A DNA stretch of 64,000 nucleotides from Octopus sinensis. Its lineage: Eukaryota. Under the pieces are notes generated by a model, which ran no database searches, was not told the origin of the DNA, and saw only the letters and a program-made list of their open reading frames with translations. The stretch covers positions 1 through 64,000 of the forward strand of contig NW_021835972.1 of NCBI RefSeq assembly GCF_006345805.1, given 5' to 3'. The position numbers and the translations under genes were made by a program. Below are positions 27,668 to 41,636 of the stretch, one piece after another (the stretch's first letter is position 1; each line of letters starts with the position of its first letter).

Positions 27668-28677
27668 TATATATATGTGTGTGAGTGTGTGTGTGTGTGT
27701 GTGTATGTGTATATATATCATGATGATCATCATCATCGTTTAACGTCTGCTTTCCATGCTGGCATGGGTTGGACGATTTGACTGAGGACTGGCGAGCCAG
27801 ATGGCTGCACCAGGCTCGAATCTGATCTGGCAGAGTTTCTACAGCTGGATTCCCTTCCTAATGCCAACCACTCCAAGAGTGTAGTGGGTCCTTTTACGTG
27901 CCACCGGTATGAGGGCCAATCAGGTGGTACTGGCAACAGCCGTACTCAAATGGTGTTTTTTATGTACCACCTGCATAGGAGCCAGTCCAGCAGCACTGGC
28001 AACGACCTCGCTTGAATGTTTTTTTCACATGCCAGTAAGGCGACGCTGGTAACAATAATGCAGCCGCCAGGTAACGATAATAATAACAATAATAATGATG
28101 TTAATAATAATAATTATAATCATAATAATAATAATAATACCTTCTACTATAGGCACAAGGCCTGAAGTTTTGGGGGAGGGGTATAATCGATTTCATCAAC
28201 CCCAGCACATGGCTGGTACTGATTTTATTGACTCCGAAAGGATGAAAGGCTAAGTCGACGTTGGGGGAATTTGAACTCAGAACGTAAATGTGAATGAGAT
28301 GCTGCTGAGCATTTTGCCTGGTCTGCTAATGATTCAGCCAGCTCGTTACATTAACAACAACAACAACAACAATAATAATAACAACAACAATAACGATGGT
28401 TTATTTATTTATTTATTTAGAGAAGGCATTTAATCTTGAGGAAATTTTAATTCGTTAAATGTCATTGTTTGTTATTTGTGTTGATTTTTGCTTTGTTGAA
28501 GTTGTTTTCTTAGTAATTACATGTCAGGTTTAATCTATTCCGTTAGGCTTTTGTTTGTGTTGTTTTTGTTTACGTGGCTTACATCTCTTCGGTGTGTGTG
28601 TGTGTGGTGTGTGTGTGTGAGAGATAGAGACAGAGTTATATAAAGATGGATGTTTATCTGCAGTGCTTGTGTGTTTA

Positions 28678-28709
<32 letters not shown>

Positions 28710-29309
28710 CTAGGAGATGTGTATCTTTGATGCCTCTGAGATGTGTCTGTTTGATGTGCACTGTGTCACTGTGTGCTCATGCATGCATGTGTGCAACAAT
28801 GTGTGTGTGAATGTGTATCAGGTATTAGTACATCTGTATGTGTATGAGTACATTTGTATGTGTGCGTATGAGTATATGCGTGTTTTTCTGTGACTCTGCA
28901 TGTGTGTGTGTGTGTGTGTATGTGTGTATGTGTGTGTGTGTGTGTGAGGAATGCGTATCTGTATGTTTGTGTGTGTGACTTTGCATGCGTATGTTAACGT
29001 GTAATATGCCTCTGTATATCTTATGTGTGTGTGTTTGTGTCTGACTATGTGTGTGTTTTTGAGTACTTGTGTGTAAACAACATATAAAAGTATGCATCTA
29101 CATCTGTATGTATGTATGTATGTGTGTGTGTATGTATGTATGTATGTGTGTGTATGTGTGTGTCTGTAACTGCATGTGTATAAGTATGCATGTACATATG
29201 TGTGTGTGTGTGTATTTATAACTACATATATGTGATGGGTATATGTATCGATCTGTGCATCTGTGAGTATATGTACGAACGTGATGTTTGAAAGATTTCA
29301 CATATAAAC

Positions 29310-29590
29310 CATTCCAATGTTCAGGGCTTCGTCACTCCTGAAGTAGGAACCCTTCCCTAGACTCCTTCCACCACCGTCTGTCTCTGGCCAGTCATGGCCA
29401 TGTAGGCCCCAGGCCATGGGTGAGCTCATCTCACCATCATGTCTTTGGTCAGCCTCTTTGATCTTCTCCATTGTCTTGTCCATCTGTTGTCCTTCAGTCA
29501 CGTTGCGTGACCAGCCCATCTGTATTCATTCTGTTCTCCTTGATGGTTCTTACGATGGTATTGACTCTCATTTGCTATCGAAACGAGCAA
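29310..29590 (-). mobile_element. RTE-like LINE 3' end remnant
   Basis: RGRPKT*W*DEL..W..LARDRRWWKESREGF, a typical RTE C-terminus. Confidence 0.6.
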
Positions 29591-29593
29591 CTG

Positions 29594-29798
29594 CAGGGTA
29601 TCCCTAAAGTCTGGACTCGAAGGCAAAATGTATATTTTCAAGAAATAAGTGTAAAATTTTCAACAACATTTTATTCACTACGCCATAACTACTACACCAT
29701 ATGCCTACGGGCATATAGCGTGGTGGTTAAGAGCGCAGGCTACTAACCCCAAGATTCTGAGTTCGATTCCAAGCACTGACCTGAACAACAACAACAAC

Positions 29799-29832
<34 letters not shown>

Positions 29833-30150
29833 TCGAAAAATACCTTAGGAATGAGGACCCAGGTTCGAAATTTCCCCAAGACACCTGAAGAAGGCTGGAG
29901 GGTGTTAACAACAAACAAGATGAGGACAAATATCCGTCGAATGTAAACAATGTGAATAACATTTTATTCAGTTGGAATACTAACAAATGACGTCTTCAAT
30001 ATGATTTCCACCATTTGTGATGCAGAGGCTGATGTGCTTTTGTAAGACTTATGAGAAGCCGATGCTATAACCCCACATAGCCATAAGTTTGAGCACATTC
30101 ACTCTTTATGCATTCCATCAAGATGTGTTGTGTCTGTGATTTTCATTGAG
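29594..30150 (-). mobile_element. Tc1/mariner 3' end remnant interrupted by the SINE-hammerhead element
   Basis: TIR-like cagggtatccctaaagtc; minus strand CITNGGNHIEDVIC* resembles a transposase C-terminus. Confidence 0.6.
29678..29957 (+). mobile_element. Second tRNA-headed SINE with partly deleted hammerhead tail
   Basis: Head gggcatatagcgtggtggttaagagcg..gagttcgattcc from 29709; gacacCTGAAGAaggctggaggg then deletion of the GAAAC segment; TSD aacattttattca. Confidence 0.85.
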
Positions 30151-30161
30151 TAAAAAATATA

Positions 30162-30938
30162 TTCTTTTATTCTTTTATCTGTTTCAGTCATTTGACTGTA
30201 GCCATGCTGGAGCACTGCCTTTAGTTGAGAAAAAAAAATATTGAATCATATTTTTAAAAAAATAGCCTTGCTTCCTCCCCATATCTTGACCTTTATTCCT
30301 TGTAAGCCTAGTACTTATTCTATCAGTTTCTTTTTTGCTGAACTGCTAAGTTACAGGGACGTAAACACACCAACATCGGTTGTCAAGCGATGTGAGGGGA
30401 CAAATACAGACACACAAACTTATACATACATATATATATATATATAAATATATATATATATATTTAAAAATTAAGGGTAAAAATTGATATTAGTCAATTA
30501 AAACCAGTGGTCTAGTATATTAAAAAGAATCCGAAGATTAAAATATTTATATATACCAATTAAGGACTGAACACGAAAAAGTGGACAGTCAACATGCTAG
30601 ATATAGACGTCAAATCGCCATTCTCCACAAAGATTATGTTCTCAAATAAAATAAAATTTTATTTCATTTGAGAACATAATCTTTGTGGAGAATGGCGATT
30701 TGACGTCTATATCTAGCATGTTGACTGTCCACTTTTTCGTGTTCAGTCCTTAATTGGTATATATATATATATATATATATATGACGGGCTTCTTTCAGTG
30801 TCCATCTACCAAATCCACTCATAAGGCTTTGGTCGGCCCAAGGCTATAGTGGAAGACACTTGGCCAAGGTTCCATGCAGTGGGACTGAACCCGGAACCAT
30901 GTGGCTGGTAAGCAAACTACTTACCACACAGCCACGCC
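30162..30938 (-). mobile_element. SINE family B with an insertion in its (TA)n tract
   Basis: Tail 30162-30420, head 30783-30938. Confidence 0.85.
30549..30764. repeat. Near-perfect palindrome, 108-bp arms, no spacer
   Basis: Arms are reverse complements with one mismatch; centre 30656/30657; one-sided extension 30463-30548. Confidence 0.95.
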
Positions 30939-31594
30939 AGATAAAATATAGTGATAAAATATATATTTCAGGTATAGGTAAAAAACTATATATATATAGT
31001 TAATGAGATTTCCTCTGTGTCAAGACTTAAAGGACACCTTGTACAAGAACAATGACCTGGTGAGGAGGCCACTACATAGCTGCTCAATTTGCTAGAAATG
31101 GCAACCAAACTTCTTTCTAAGAATCTCATTCTGCCATCTTACAAAGAAAAAGAAAAGACACCACAGGTAATTCAGTCCTAGATCCAAGAAGAAATTGTCA
31201 TTGCTTGGCATGTCTTTGATCATGTCTCTGTGCCCAAGGCTGACCTTGGGTTAAACAACGACAATAGCAACATGTGACTGTGGCATTTTTTTTTTTTGTT
31301 TGTTTATTATTTTATCGATTGTATTGCAATGAATTATGGGATGTTCCGACCCTTGGAAATATAACATTTGAGAAAAAAATATCAAATTATAATTTTTAAA
31401 AAAATATCCCCCACTTCCTCCCCATGTCTTGACCTTTATATCCCCCCCCCACCCCAGATTGTTTGTTTTTAGATTTAATAAAAAGAATCAGAATGGATTA
31501 TTGGAATGGAAGGAAACTGTACTGTAAAGAATTCTGTTGTGATGGTGGGGGTGGTGAGCGTGGTTACTTGTTTTATTCTTGAATGCTGTTAGAC

Positions 31595-32610
31595 TACTAC
31601 TACTACTACTACTACAACTACGACCACCACCACAACCACCACCACCACCATCACCACCACCACCACCACTACTACTACTACCACCACCACCGCTGATGCT
31701 ACTACTACTGCTGCTACAACTGCTGCTGCTACGACTACAACTACTGCTGCCGCTGTTACTACTACCACCACCACCACCACTACAACCATCACCACTACTA
31801 CTACCACTACAACCACCACCACTACTACTACTACCACCACCATCACCACCACCACTGCTACTACTACTGCTGCTACAACTACTGCTGCCGCTGTTACTAC
31901 TACCACCACCACCACCACAACAACCACCACCACTACTACTACCTACCAACCCACCACCATCACCACCACCACCACTACTACTACCACCACCCACCACCAC
32001 CACCACACCACCACCCCTGCTACTACTACTGCTGCTACAACTACAACGACTACTACTGCTGCCGCTGTTACTACTACCACCACCACCACAACAACCACCA
32101 CCACTACAACCACCACCACCACCACTGCTACTACCACCACACACCACCACCATCACCACCACCCCACCACTGCTACTACTACTGCTGCTACAACTACAAC
32201 TACTGCTGCTACTGTTACTACTACACCACCACCACAACAACCACCACCACTACAACCACCACCACCACCACTACTACTACCACCACCACCACCATCACCA
32301 CCACCACCACTACTACTACCACCACCACCACCACCATCACCACCACCACCACTGCTACTACTACTGCTGCTACAACTACAACTACTGCTGCCGCTGTTAC
32401 TACTACCACCACCACCACAACAACCACCACCACCACCACCACTACTACTACCACCACCACCACCATCACCACCACCACCACTACTACTACCACCACCACC
32501 ACTACTACTACCACCACCACCACCACCATCACCACCACCACCACTGCTACTACTACTGCTGCTACAACTACAACTACTGCTGCTACTGTTACTACTACTA
32601 CTACTACTAC
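31595..32610. repeat. Compound (CAC/TAC/TGC)n trinucleotide tract
   Basis: Direct; generates the spurious 389-aa poly-P/L/H ORF. Confidence 0.95.
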
Positions 32611-33434
32611 TGGGCTATGGTCTGCCTACGGGAGAGGAGTCTGTTGGTACAACATGAGCATGTGGTACATGTGGATGACGGCAGTTGGGTAAAGAAAGCA
32701 CCAAAGAGATTTAACAGGAGGAAACTCTGTAAGAAAGGGATCGGGTGAAAACATTGGTCAAATTAGTGGAAGCTTATCTCAGGAGGCTGATCCTCACAAA
32801 GGAGATTGCAGGGGACAGCAATTAATGGCAAGGGCTTGTGGTGTAGTAAACCTGTCCGACCCATGCAAGCGTTGGAGGTAGGTGGGGAAATGAGCATAAA
32901 TTGATGTTGGTTGTATCAGTTCTTTCTAATTTTGGCACAGGGCCTGCAGTTTTAGGGCAGTTATCCAGTTACATTGGCCCCTGTTTTTGGTTGGTACTTT
33001 GTTTTATGAACCCCTGAAAGATGAAAGGCAAAGTGGACCTTGGTTGGATTTGAACTCAGAATGTAATGCTTTGGAAAAAATGCTGCCAAGCATTTGGTCC
33101 AATGGGCCAGATAGAAATTGATAAAAGAAACTGATATTGATGTTAATCAAAAGCAATCCATTTGTGACCATCCTGTCTTTCTGAGGATTGCATTACCTTC
33201 ATTTTTTTCATTTTTTTTTAAGATGATGGAGTGTTAGTTTAAGGAGATTTGGCTGTTGTTTTTTGCTGCCTGAATGACCACATAGTGATTCTTGCATTCA
33301 CTTATTGTTTAACTCCAGATTAGTTCCAATCAAGATGCTCTTTGATCTAAAGCAATCTATCCACGACCATCCTGTCATTTTGTCTATCTAGAACTACATT
33401 ATTCAACATGTTCTTTTCCTTATGATAATGGTAT

Positions 33435-33655
33435 TGGCAGAAACGTAAGCATGCCGAGCGAAATGCTTAGCGGTATTTCGCCTGCCGCTACGTTCTGAGT
33501 TCAAATTCCGCCGAGGTCGACTTTGCCTTTCATCCTTTCGGGGTCGATTAAATAAGTACCAGTTACGCTCTGGGGTTGATGTAATCAAATTAATACCTAT
33601 GTCTGTCCTTGTTTGTCCCCTCTATGTTTAGCCCCTTGTGGGTAATAAAGAAATA
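33435..33655 (+). mobile_element. SINE family A
   Basis: Matches the family A sequence. Confidence 0.88.
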
Positions 33656-34808
33656 TGTATTTTTTGTGGCAGATTTCAAGGCTATTTCAGACAACCACAT
33701 GATCTTCTTCATTGGTTCGCTGTTTTTGTTGTTTAACCCCAGGTCAGGCCTGACTCAAGCAGACCTATGATTAATGACACCCCAGTCATAGCCATTCTAT
33801 CTTTTCCCTCATATACAAAGAAAGGGTTACATTATCTCACATGTCCTTCTCCAAGGAGGGAGATTTGACTAGTATGTCTGTCTAGGAAGTTAAGTGACCT
33901 CGTTAGCTTTTTTTCATCATTGCTGTATGATTTGAGGGAGATTTGACTACTCTGTCTATCCAGTGAGTTAAGTGACCTTGTTAGCTCGTTGTTCTCATTG
34001 CTGATCTGGTAACAGTGGCCGGGTTTTTATTTAGTTGATTTTTTCCCTATTTTGCTTAAATTTTTAATTATTTTATTTCCTCGTTTATTTTATATTTAAT
34101 GTAGACATTGCAGCAAAAAGATGATTGCTGGGAGGTGGGGGGTGGGGTCTGAGATGGAGCGGGGGTGACAGCATTGGTGATGTGGAGAGATGGTGTTAGG
34201 AGATATTCTACTGGAAGATGTTTCGCTCTCCTTTCTCACTCGCTCTCTCCCCCTCTTTCTCTCCTTGTAGCCAAATGTTAAGATTCTAAATTTCATTAAA
34301 GCAGTTAATATAGGTTTTAAAAACAACAACAGCAACGACAAAAAAAAAACTAAACAAAACAAAACAAGAGCAAAATAAACTCTAAAATGCGATGTTTATA
34401 CAAGTGAGTGTCTCTGAGAATGTAAACGATAATATAATGGCCTATCGATCTACGAATCGCAAAAGGCCGGCGTCAGAACTGTTCACTGTTGAAAATCTAT
34501 AACTTCTGTTGCCCAAAGCACCCACCACCAACGCCACCAGTGGAACACCAACATCACCGGCAACACCACCACCATAGCCTCCACCACCAACACCAGCATC
34601 ATCACCACCACCACCACCACCTCCATGACCAGCCTCTGCATCACGTACATACCCTGGTCTGGCACCTATTGGATACTGCTAAATGAGCATGGTGTGTATG
34701 TATGTGTTTGTGTTTGCCTCTTTTGGTATGTATGTATGTATATTTGTATATATATGTATGTTTGTATGTGTGAATGTGTGTGTGTGTATATAAACAGAGG
34801 TAGGTATG

Positions 34809-34849
<41 letters not shown>

Positions 34850-35317
34850 GTGCATATTTATGGGCTTATATATATGTATCTATATCTAGAGAGGTAGATA
34901 GGTATGTATATATGTAATTGTGCATCTTTATGGCTTTATGTATGTATAAATATGTACAGCTACATATATACATACCTACTTCTATATATATATATATAGA
35001 AGTAGGTATGTATATATGTAGCTGTGCATATTTATGGGTTTATGTATGTATGTATGTATGTATGTATGTATATATATATGTGTGTGTGTATGTATGTGTG
35101 TGAGCATGTATATGTGTGTGTGTGTGTATATATATGTATATATATATTATAAAGAGAGAGAGAGATAGGTAGATAGGAAAATGGTATATAGAAAGTTTTG
35201 CATATGTGTAGATAGGCAAATATATGTGTTTTGGTAGACCTACTTGCAATCACAAATATATAGATACAGAACAACTGAGAGAAATTGCCCAGTTACATAG
35301 GTATGTATATATATGTT

Positions 35318-35358
<41 letters not shown>

Positions 35359-36406
35359 GTATATATATGTTTGTATATAAAAATAATACACACGTTTATA
35401 ATACGTACGTATATATATTTATACATACATACACTCATGTATATATATATCTGCATATGTATATGTGGGGAGAGAGAGAGAGAGAGGTGAGGAGATGAGC
35501 TTCTATATAAGCTAGAGAGATAAACATTAAGCATAGATTTCCATACAAACACCAGACCCAACACACACCTCCCTGCCCATATTGAGCCAACCCCCCTTAA
35601 TGGACAGGCTTTGTCTCTTGCCGAAATGCTAGCTGACTGAAAGTACAAAACACATAAAAAAAAAAAAAAAGTGAAAATAATAAAAGACAGCCCCCCCCCA
35701 TCCCTCCCCAATTATACATATAGATGTATATTATGGCCATATTATTGACTAAAATATTGGACAGAAAATCATAGTCTTGGAGCCTTGATCTAATTACTTC
35801 ACTTACTTATAAAAACAGAATCTGATAATATAAATTCTTGAATTCCTCGCTAAATATCAACATTTGCCCTGTCTGTGCCCATTCTGGCTTTTCTTTTTTT
35901 TTGTGTGTGTGTGTGTATGTCTAGTTTTATATCCACATTATATAAACAGTGATAGGAAAGCTGAGATAGATAGATAGAAAGACAGATAGATAGAGCGATG
36001 GATAGATATAGCTATCTATGTATTGTAACTGAATGTTTACGCACTATTGATAAGGCAAAATTACTGCAGTTTTTGTCCTGAAATAACATCTTTTATGGAG
36101 TTGCCATGTAAAAAAAAACACAATAAATATTAAGAGACATGTATGTGGCTAGCTGTGAGTAAGTGCCATTGGGACGACCAGAAAAGGTCAGAATGCATCC
36201 GCTGCCCTTGCTGGCCACTGTTGATGGGACAAGTTTTTGCCTCCCTGATATTTATTGCGTTTTTTAACACAGCAAGTCCATAAGGGATTTATCTCAGGAC
36301 AAATTCTGCAGTAACTGGTCCATGAACAGTAATTATTCTGCAGTATTTTAATTAAATACTGCTTCAATTGCATATTCTGGACAGAGACACACACACACAT
36401 GTATGT

Positions 36407-36743
36407 ACGAGCAGAAACAACTTGTCCGGCCGTTCCATAGGCACCCCCCAACCCCTTCGAGAAACGCTGCTTTAACCTAAATTTGATCACCGTGCATTTT
36501 TCTCGCGTACGCACAGTATTGATTGCAACAGCTGATGTACTTGCGCATACAAATGCACGTTCCCATGGCTTTATCGATCGCATTCTCACCTGGAATCGAT
36601 TTTTGTAATTTTTCAAAGATTTATACATGCCCTGATACTGTCGGTATCTACATATCAAATTTGAGCGCAATCGGATGGAGGATGCCCAAGATACTAGAAG
36701 ACACAGACAGACAGACAGACAGAACGGATTTTATATAATAGAT
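36407..36743 (+). mobile_element. Non-autonomous Helitron/Helentron-like element; second copy 37670-38055
   Basis: Two similar copies with aaatttgag.gcaatc.gatg, an ACAG-rich tract and a ttttatataatagat end (DINE/HINE-like layout). Confidence 0.55.
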
Positions 36744-36899
36744 ATGTAATTTCTTGAACTAATGGGTATATGCCAATTAGTGTGTTGAGTAAAGCACATT
36801 CACAGTTTGGGCTACCTGGTGTCATCCACAGTTGGAATATATTTCCCTGAGACATCTTTTGAAGCCTCCCTACCTATATATAAATATATATATATATAC

Positions 36900-37660
36900 A
36901 AATTGAGATAAGGGTTGTAAATGCAACCCTCCATGGGATAACATATATCCAATATACTGCTAGTGGGGTACCCAACAAAGTTAATGCATAAATGTTAAGA
37001 ATTGCGATGCAATTAATTCATATTCTGCATTATATGGGCAAAGGTAAAATGTTTTACCACAAATTCATAATACAAAATAAGAAAATGGAGAAATACATCC
37101 AAATCAAATATCAACTACCAGATAGTACCCAATCACATACTTTATTAAACCACTACATAAGAAACTTTAAGGTCAAACATAATAATATAGAACAAAACAG
37201 TGTACATAAAGGAGTAATATGATACAATAAGTACAATATGTATAAGAGAATATAAATATAAATAAATATAAATATAAACTACATCTTACAGCTGTTTCGG
37301 CCATGCAGATAAGTATGTCTCATTTTACTTATATTAGCCATGTGTAGTGGTCAATATGTAGTTATAAATGAGTCACATTTATAACTACATATTGACCACT
37401 ACACATGGCTAATATAAGTAAAATGAGACATACTTATCTGCATGGCCGAAACAGCTGTAAGATGTAGTTTATATTTATATTCTCTTATACATATTGTACT
37501 TATTGTATCATATTACTCCTTTGTGTACACTGTTTTGTTCTATATTATTATGTTTGACCTTAAAGTTTCTTATGTAGTGGTTTAGTAAAGTATGTGATTG
37601 GGTACTATCTGGTAGTTGATATTTGATTTGGATGTATTTCTTCATTTTCTTATTTTGTAT
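36900..37660. mobile_element. Penelope-type inverted insertion: ~300-bp arms (37070-37370 / 37376-37660) plus one-sided extension
   Basis: Arms are reverse complements around agtca; contain the hammerhead 3' half CGAAACAGCTGTA; (TA)n on both flanks. Confidence 0.85.
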
Positions 37661-38617
37661 ATATATATATGACCAAAACGCCCCCCCCCATCCAATGGAC
37701 GGTACTGAGTTGTCAAACATTTAAACCAAATTTTCTCAAAACAACTTGTCCGACCGTCCCATAGACCTCCCTTTTGAGAAACACTGATTTAACTTAAATT
37801 TAGACACCAGCAAAAGAAGAAATAAAGATAGACTTTTTTTCTATTCCAAGAAAAACGATTTTACAAATGCACGTTCCCATGGCTTTATTGATCGCATTCT
37901 CACCTGGAATCGATTTTTGTAATTTTTTCAAGACTTATACACACCCTGATACCGTCAGTATCTACATATAAAATTTGAGAGCAATCAGATGAAAGATGCC
38001 CGAGATCCTAGAAGACAAACACACAGACAAACAGAACGAATTTTATATAATAGATATATTTATATATATATATCTACATATATATCTATACTCACACACA
38101 CACACACATATATTATATATCGGTATGCTATAGCTGAAAGATGGCCAAAGCCTTGTGAGTGAAAATAAATTAAAGATATGAAATGATGCATTGGGATGAT
38201 GTAGTCCAAGGTACACTGAGTCCGTTTATAGAAATTTCCATATATGATATCCCTTGGGTCAAGGCTATAAGCCTACAAGAACAGATTATATTGTTATTTT
38301 ATCTTTTACTTCTTCCAGTCATTGCTCTGTGGCCATGCTGGGGCATCACCTTCAAGAATTTAGCTAAATTAACCCTAGTTAATTTAGTTCATTTGTTTTT
38401 ATCAAAGCTTAGTACATATTCTATTGGTCTCTTTTGTGAAATTGCTAAGTTACGGGGATGTAAATAAACCAATACCAGTTGCTAAGCAGTGCTATGACGA
38501 ACAAAGACACAGACACACGTATCCCTTTTGTGTTAACTTTTGAGAAAAAGAGGACTCAAGACTACAGTGGAGATTAATGATATCATTTTGGTCAATCAAG
38601 TCAGTCTCTTGTTGCTT

Positions 38618-38717
38618 TTTCACCTGTATGTGCACAGGATCTTCAGGTAAGTTACATCATAATCTGTTACAATTTACCTGTAGATCCTGTGCACAATTAC
38701 AGGTGAAACTCAGAGTA
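38618..38717. ncRNA. Inverted pair of decayed hammerhead motifs
   Basis: Minus: CTGAAGA t cctgt gcacat acagg t GAAA; plus: CTGTAGA t cctgt gcacaatt acagg t GAAAC tcaga GTA. Confidence 0.6.
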
Positions 38718-38934
38718 CGCCCTGACTGACTCCTGTCCTAGTAGCACATAAAAAGCACTATCTGAACATGGCCGATGCCAGTGCCACCTGAATGGCTCCT
38801 GTGCCGGTGGAACGTAATAAGTACCCACGACACTCTTGGAGTAGTTGGCATTAGGAAGGGCATCAAGTTGTAGAAACACTGCCAGATCAGACTGGAGCCT
38901 GGGGTAGCCTCCTGGCATGCCAGTCCCCAGTCAA

Positions 38935-39125
38935 GCCTACGCATGTCCAGACGTTTAGGGAGAAACGGGGAGCAAACCATAAGGTCTTGCAGTGGTGTTT
39001 CCTTTTATGGTTACTCAATCCTGGTGTATATACTATAGGGTCCTTGAACCCGCTGGCTGCTAGTACCTCATTGTAAGCGGGAGCCGCTGCGTTGAAAATA
39101 TCTTTATTTGAAGATAAGCTTGAAA
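38935..39125 (-). pseudogene. Penelope-like element ORF fragment (thumb/linker, Naiad-like)
   Basis: ISSLSSNKDIFNAAAPAYNEVLAASGFKDPIVY..RK..LWFAPRFSLNVWTCVG fits the LSS....F....P.Y..AL..SG / WFNPPFS.NV.T..G pattern. Confidence 0.8.
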
Positions 39126-40720
39126 TCATGTGCTACCACTTTGTTGTCTTCATGTGTTGCTACACTGTCATCACATGCTATTAAACTACTGTCATCATAT
39201 GTTACTACAGTGTCATCATCACACGCTGCAACCACACTGTCATCATCATGTGCTGCCAAATTACCGTCATCACGTGCTACCACACTGTCATCATCACATA
39301 CTAATACACTGCTGTCATCACATGCTACAACACTATTGTCATTCCAGGCTACAGCACTGCTGTCATCACATACTACCACTTTGCCACCACCCCATCACTC
39401 TATACTGTTTCCTCCCATTATCCTCTCAGTGTACACCGTACACTGTTGCAGTAGTTTCACTCTACACTGCATCCTTACACTCCATCCTTGTTATACACTG
39501 TATACCACCACCACCACACATTCACTGTACATTGTACACTTCCAGTACACCGTCACACTACTCTGAATGTATACTTCTAGCATGCCCTCACACTACACTG
39601 AATATACACTTCCTTCACTTCCTGTGGGTAGGGACGACATATTTCATGGAAACTGAAGTTCAAAATTTGCTTCTAAATTAGGTTTAATACATCAAACTAG
39701 AATGAATTTCTGATTTATCAGGAAAAGAAATATTTAAAAACACTGAATATACACTTCTATCACATCCTCACTCTACACCTCCACTACACTATACACTTCC
39801 ATTATACCCTCACACTACTCTGAATATACACTTTCATCATAGCCTCACACTACATTATATTTACATTTCCATTGCAACCTCACTCTACACTGTATATACA
39901 CTTCCATCATAACCTGACATTACACTGTAGCTACACTTCCATCGTAACTTTACATTATATTTCCATCATATCATCACTTTACACTTTCACTAGTCTCTCA
40001 TTTTACTCTGTACACATCCTTCACATTCTCACACTACACTGTATATATACATATACCTTCTGACACAGTGTCACACTACACTGTGTATACACTTCTGTCA
40101 CACTTTCATACTTGATTACACTTCCATGAAACCATCAATTTATACTACCACTAGACTCTCATTTTACTCTATACGCTTCCATCACATCCTCACACTACAC
40201 TGTATATACTCTTCTGGTACACTGTCACACTACACTGTGAATACACTTCCATCACATCCTCTTACTACATTACACTTGCACCACCTCATCACTTTACACT
40301 TCCACTAGACTCACTTTATACTCCTCCATCACACCACCGCACTACACTGTATATACTCTTCTGGCACACTGTCACACTACACTGTATATACACTTTCATC
40401 ATACCTTCATACTACATTACACTTCCATCATATCATCACTTTACACTATCAGTAGACTCTCACTTTATACTCTTCCATCACACCACCACACTACACTGTA
40501 TATACTCTTCTGGCACACTGTCACACTACACTGTATATACACTTCCATCACATCTTCATACTACATTACACTTGCACCATCTCATCACTTTACACTTCCA
40601 CTAGACTCTCACTTTATACTCTTCCATCACACCACCACACTACACTGTATATACCCTTCTGGCACCCTGTCAAACTACACTGGGTATACACTTCCATCAC
40701 ACCTTTCACTACACTGCCTC
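39126..40720. repeat. Degenerate minisatellite (24-bp unit, later higher-order ~120-bp units)
   Basis: cacatgctaccacactgtcatcat-like units; 8-aa VVACDDSS periodicity. Confidence 0.85.
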
Positions 40721-41294
40721 CTTTCACCACTCCTCACTCAACACTTCACGCTACCAGCACACCATTCCTCAGTGCCCCCACCCCATACACCACCAACACC
40801 ACCACCACACATTACCACTGTGGACTACCACTTAATTCTATACTGTACACTGTCAGTCACTACACTGTTATTCCAATGCCACCATCGCCCACTTCTCTGT
40901 ACGCCACCACCACCACACCATTAATTACGCTCCACCGTTCCTTCACTGTGATGTACCACTACTAGCTTCTTCTGTGTTCAGCCAGAGGGTCTTTCTTTGG
41001 TTACCTTCTTTGCGTTTTGTTTGGTGTTTTCTGTTTTACAATGGAGATTAACTTGTCATACTTGTTATTCTGCTAAATCCACCATCTTCAGGAATGTTGT
41101 GATGTGAGGAAGGTGGCATGAGATTATCCCCTCCTCTTCCAATCCCCCCCACTTCTCTCCCTCTCTCTTATTTTTTGTCTGTTCCTCTCACCCTACCCCT
41201 CTCTCTCTTCCCCATCTTTCTCTGTATATATATGTATATGTATATATATATTTATATATATATATTTATATATATGTATGTATATATATTGCAC

Positions 41295-41329
<35 letters not shown>

Positions 41330-41594
41330 TTATATATATATATATATATTATATATATATATATATATATGTATGTATATATATTGCACAACAAATATTT
41401 AAACGTACTATGTATATATATATATCTATATATATCTATATATATGTGAGTGTGTGTGTGTGTGTATATGTATATATATATGTATATTTATATGTGAATA
41501 TGTATATATATGTATATATATATATGTGTGTGTGTGTATACATATGTATATCTGTATGTGTATACATATGTATATCTATATGTGTCTCTGTATG

Positions 41595-41636
<42 letters not shown>

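Noticed and set aside
29709-29782. tRNA gene
   Set aside because: Acceptor and T stems pair poorly and it continues into a repeated body; treated as a SINE head
31579-32748. 389-aa Pro/Leu/His ORF
   Set aside because: Trinucleotide repeat without stops; no domain or splice support
38618-38707. Pre-miRNA hairpin or exon ending at cag|gtaagt
   Set aside because: Better explained as an inverted hammerhead pair; no recognisable mature miRNA or reading frame
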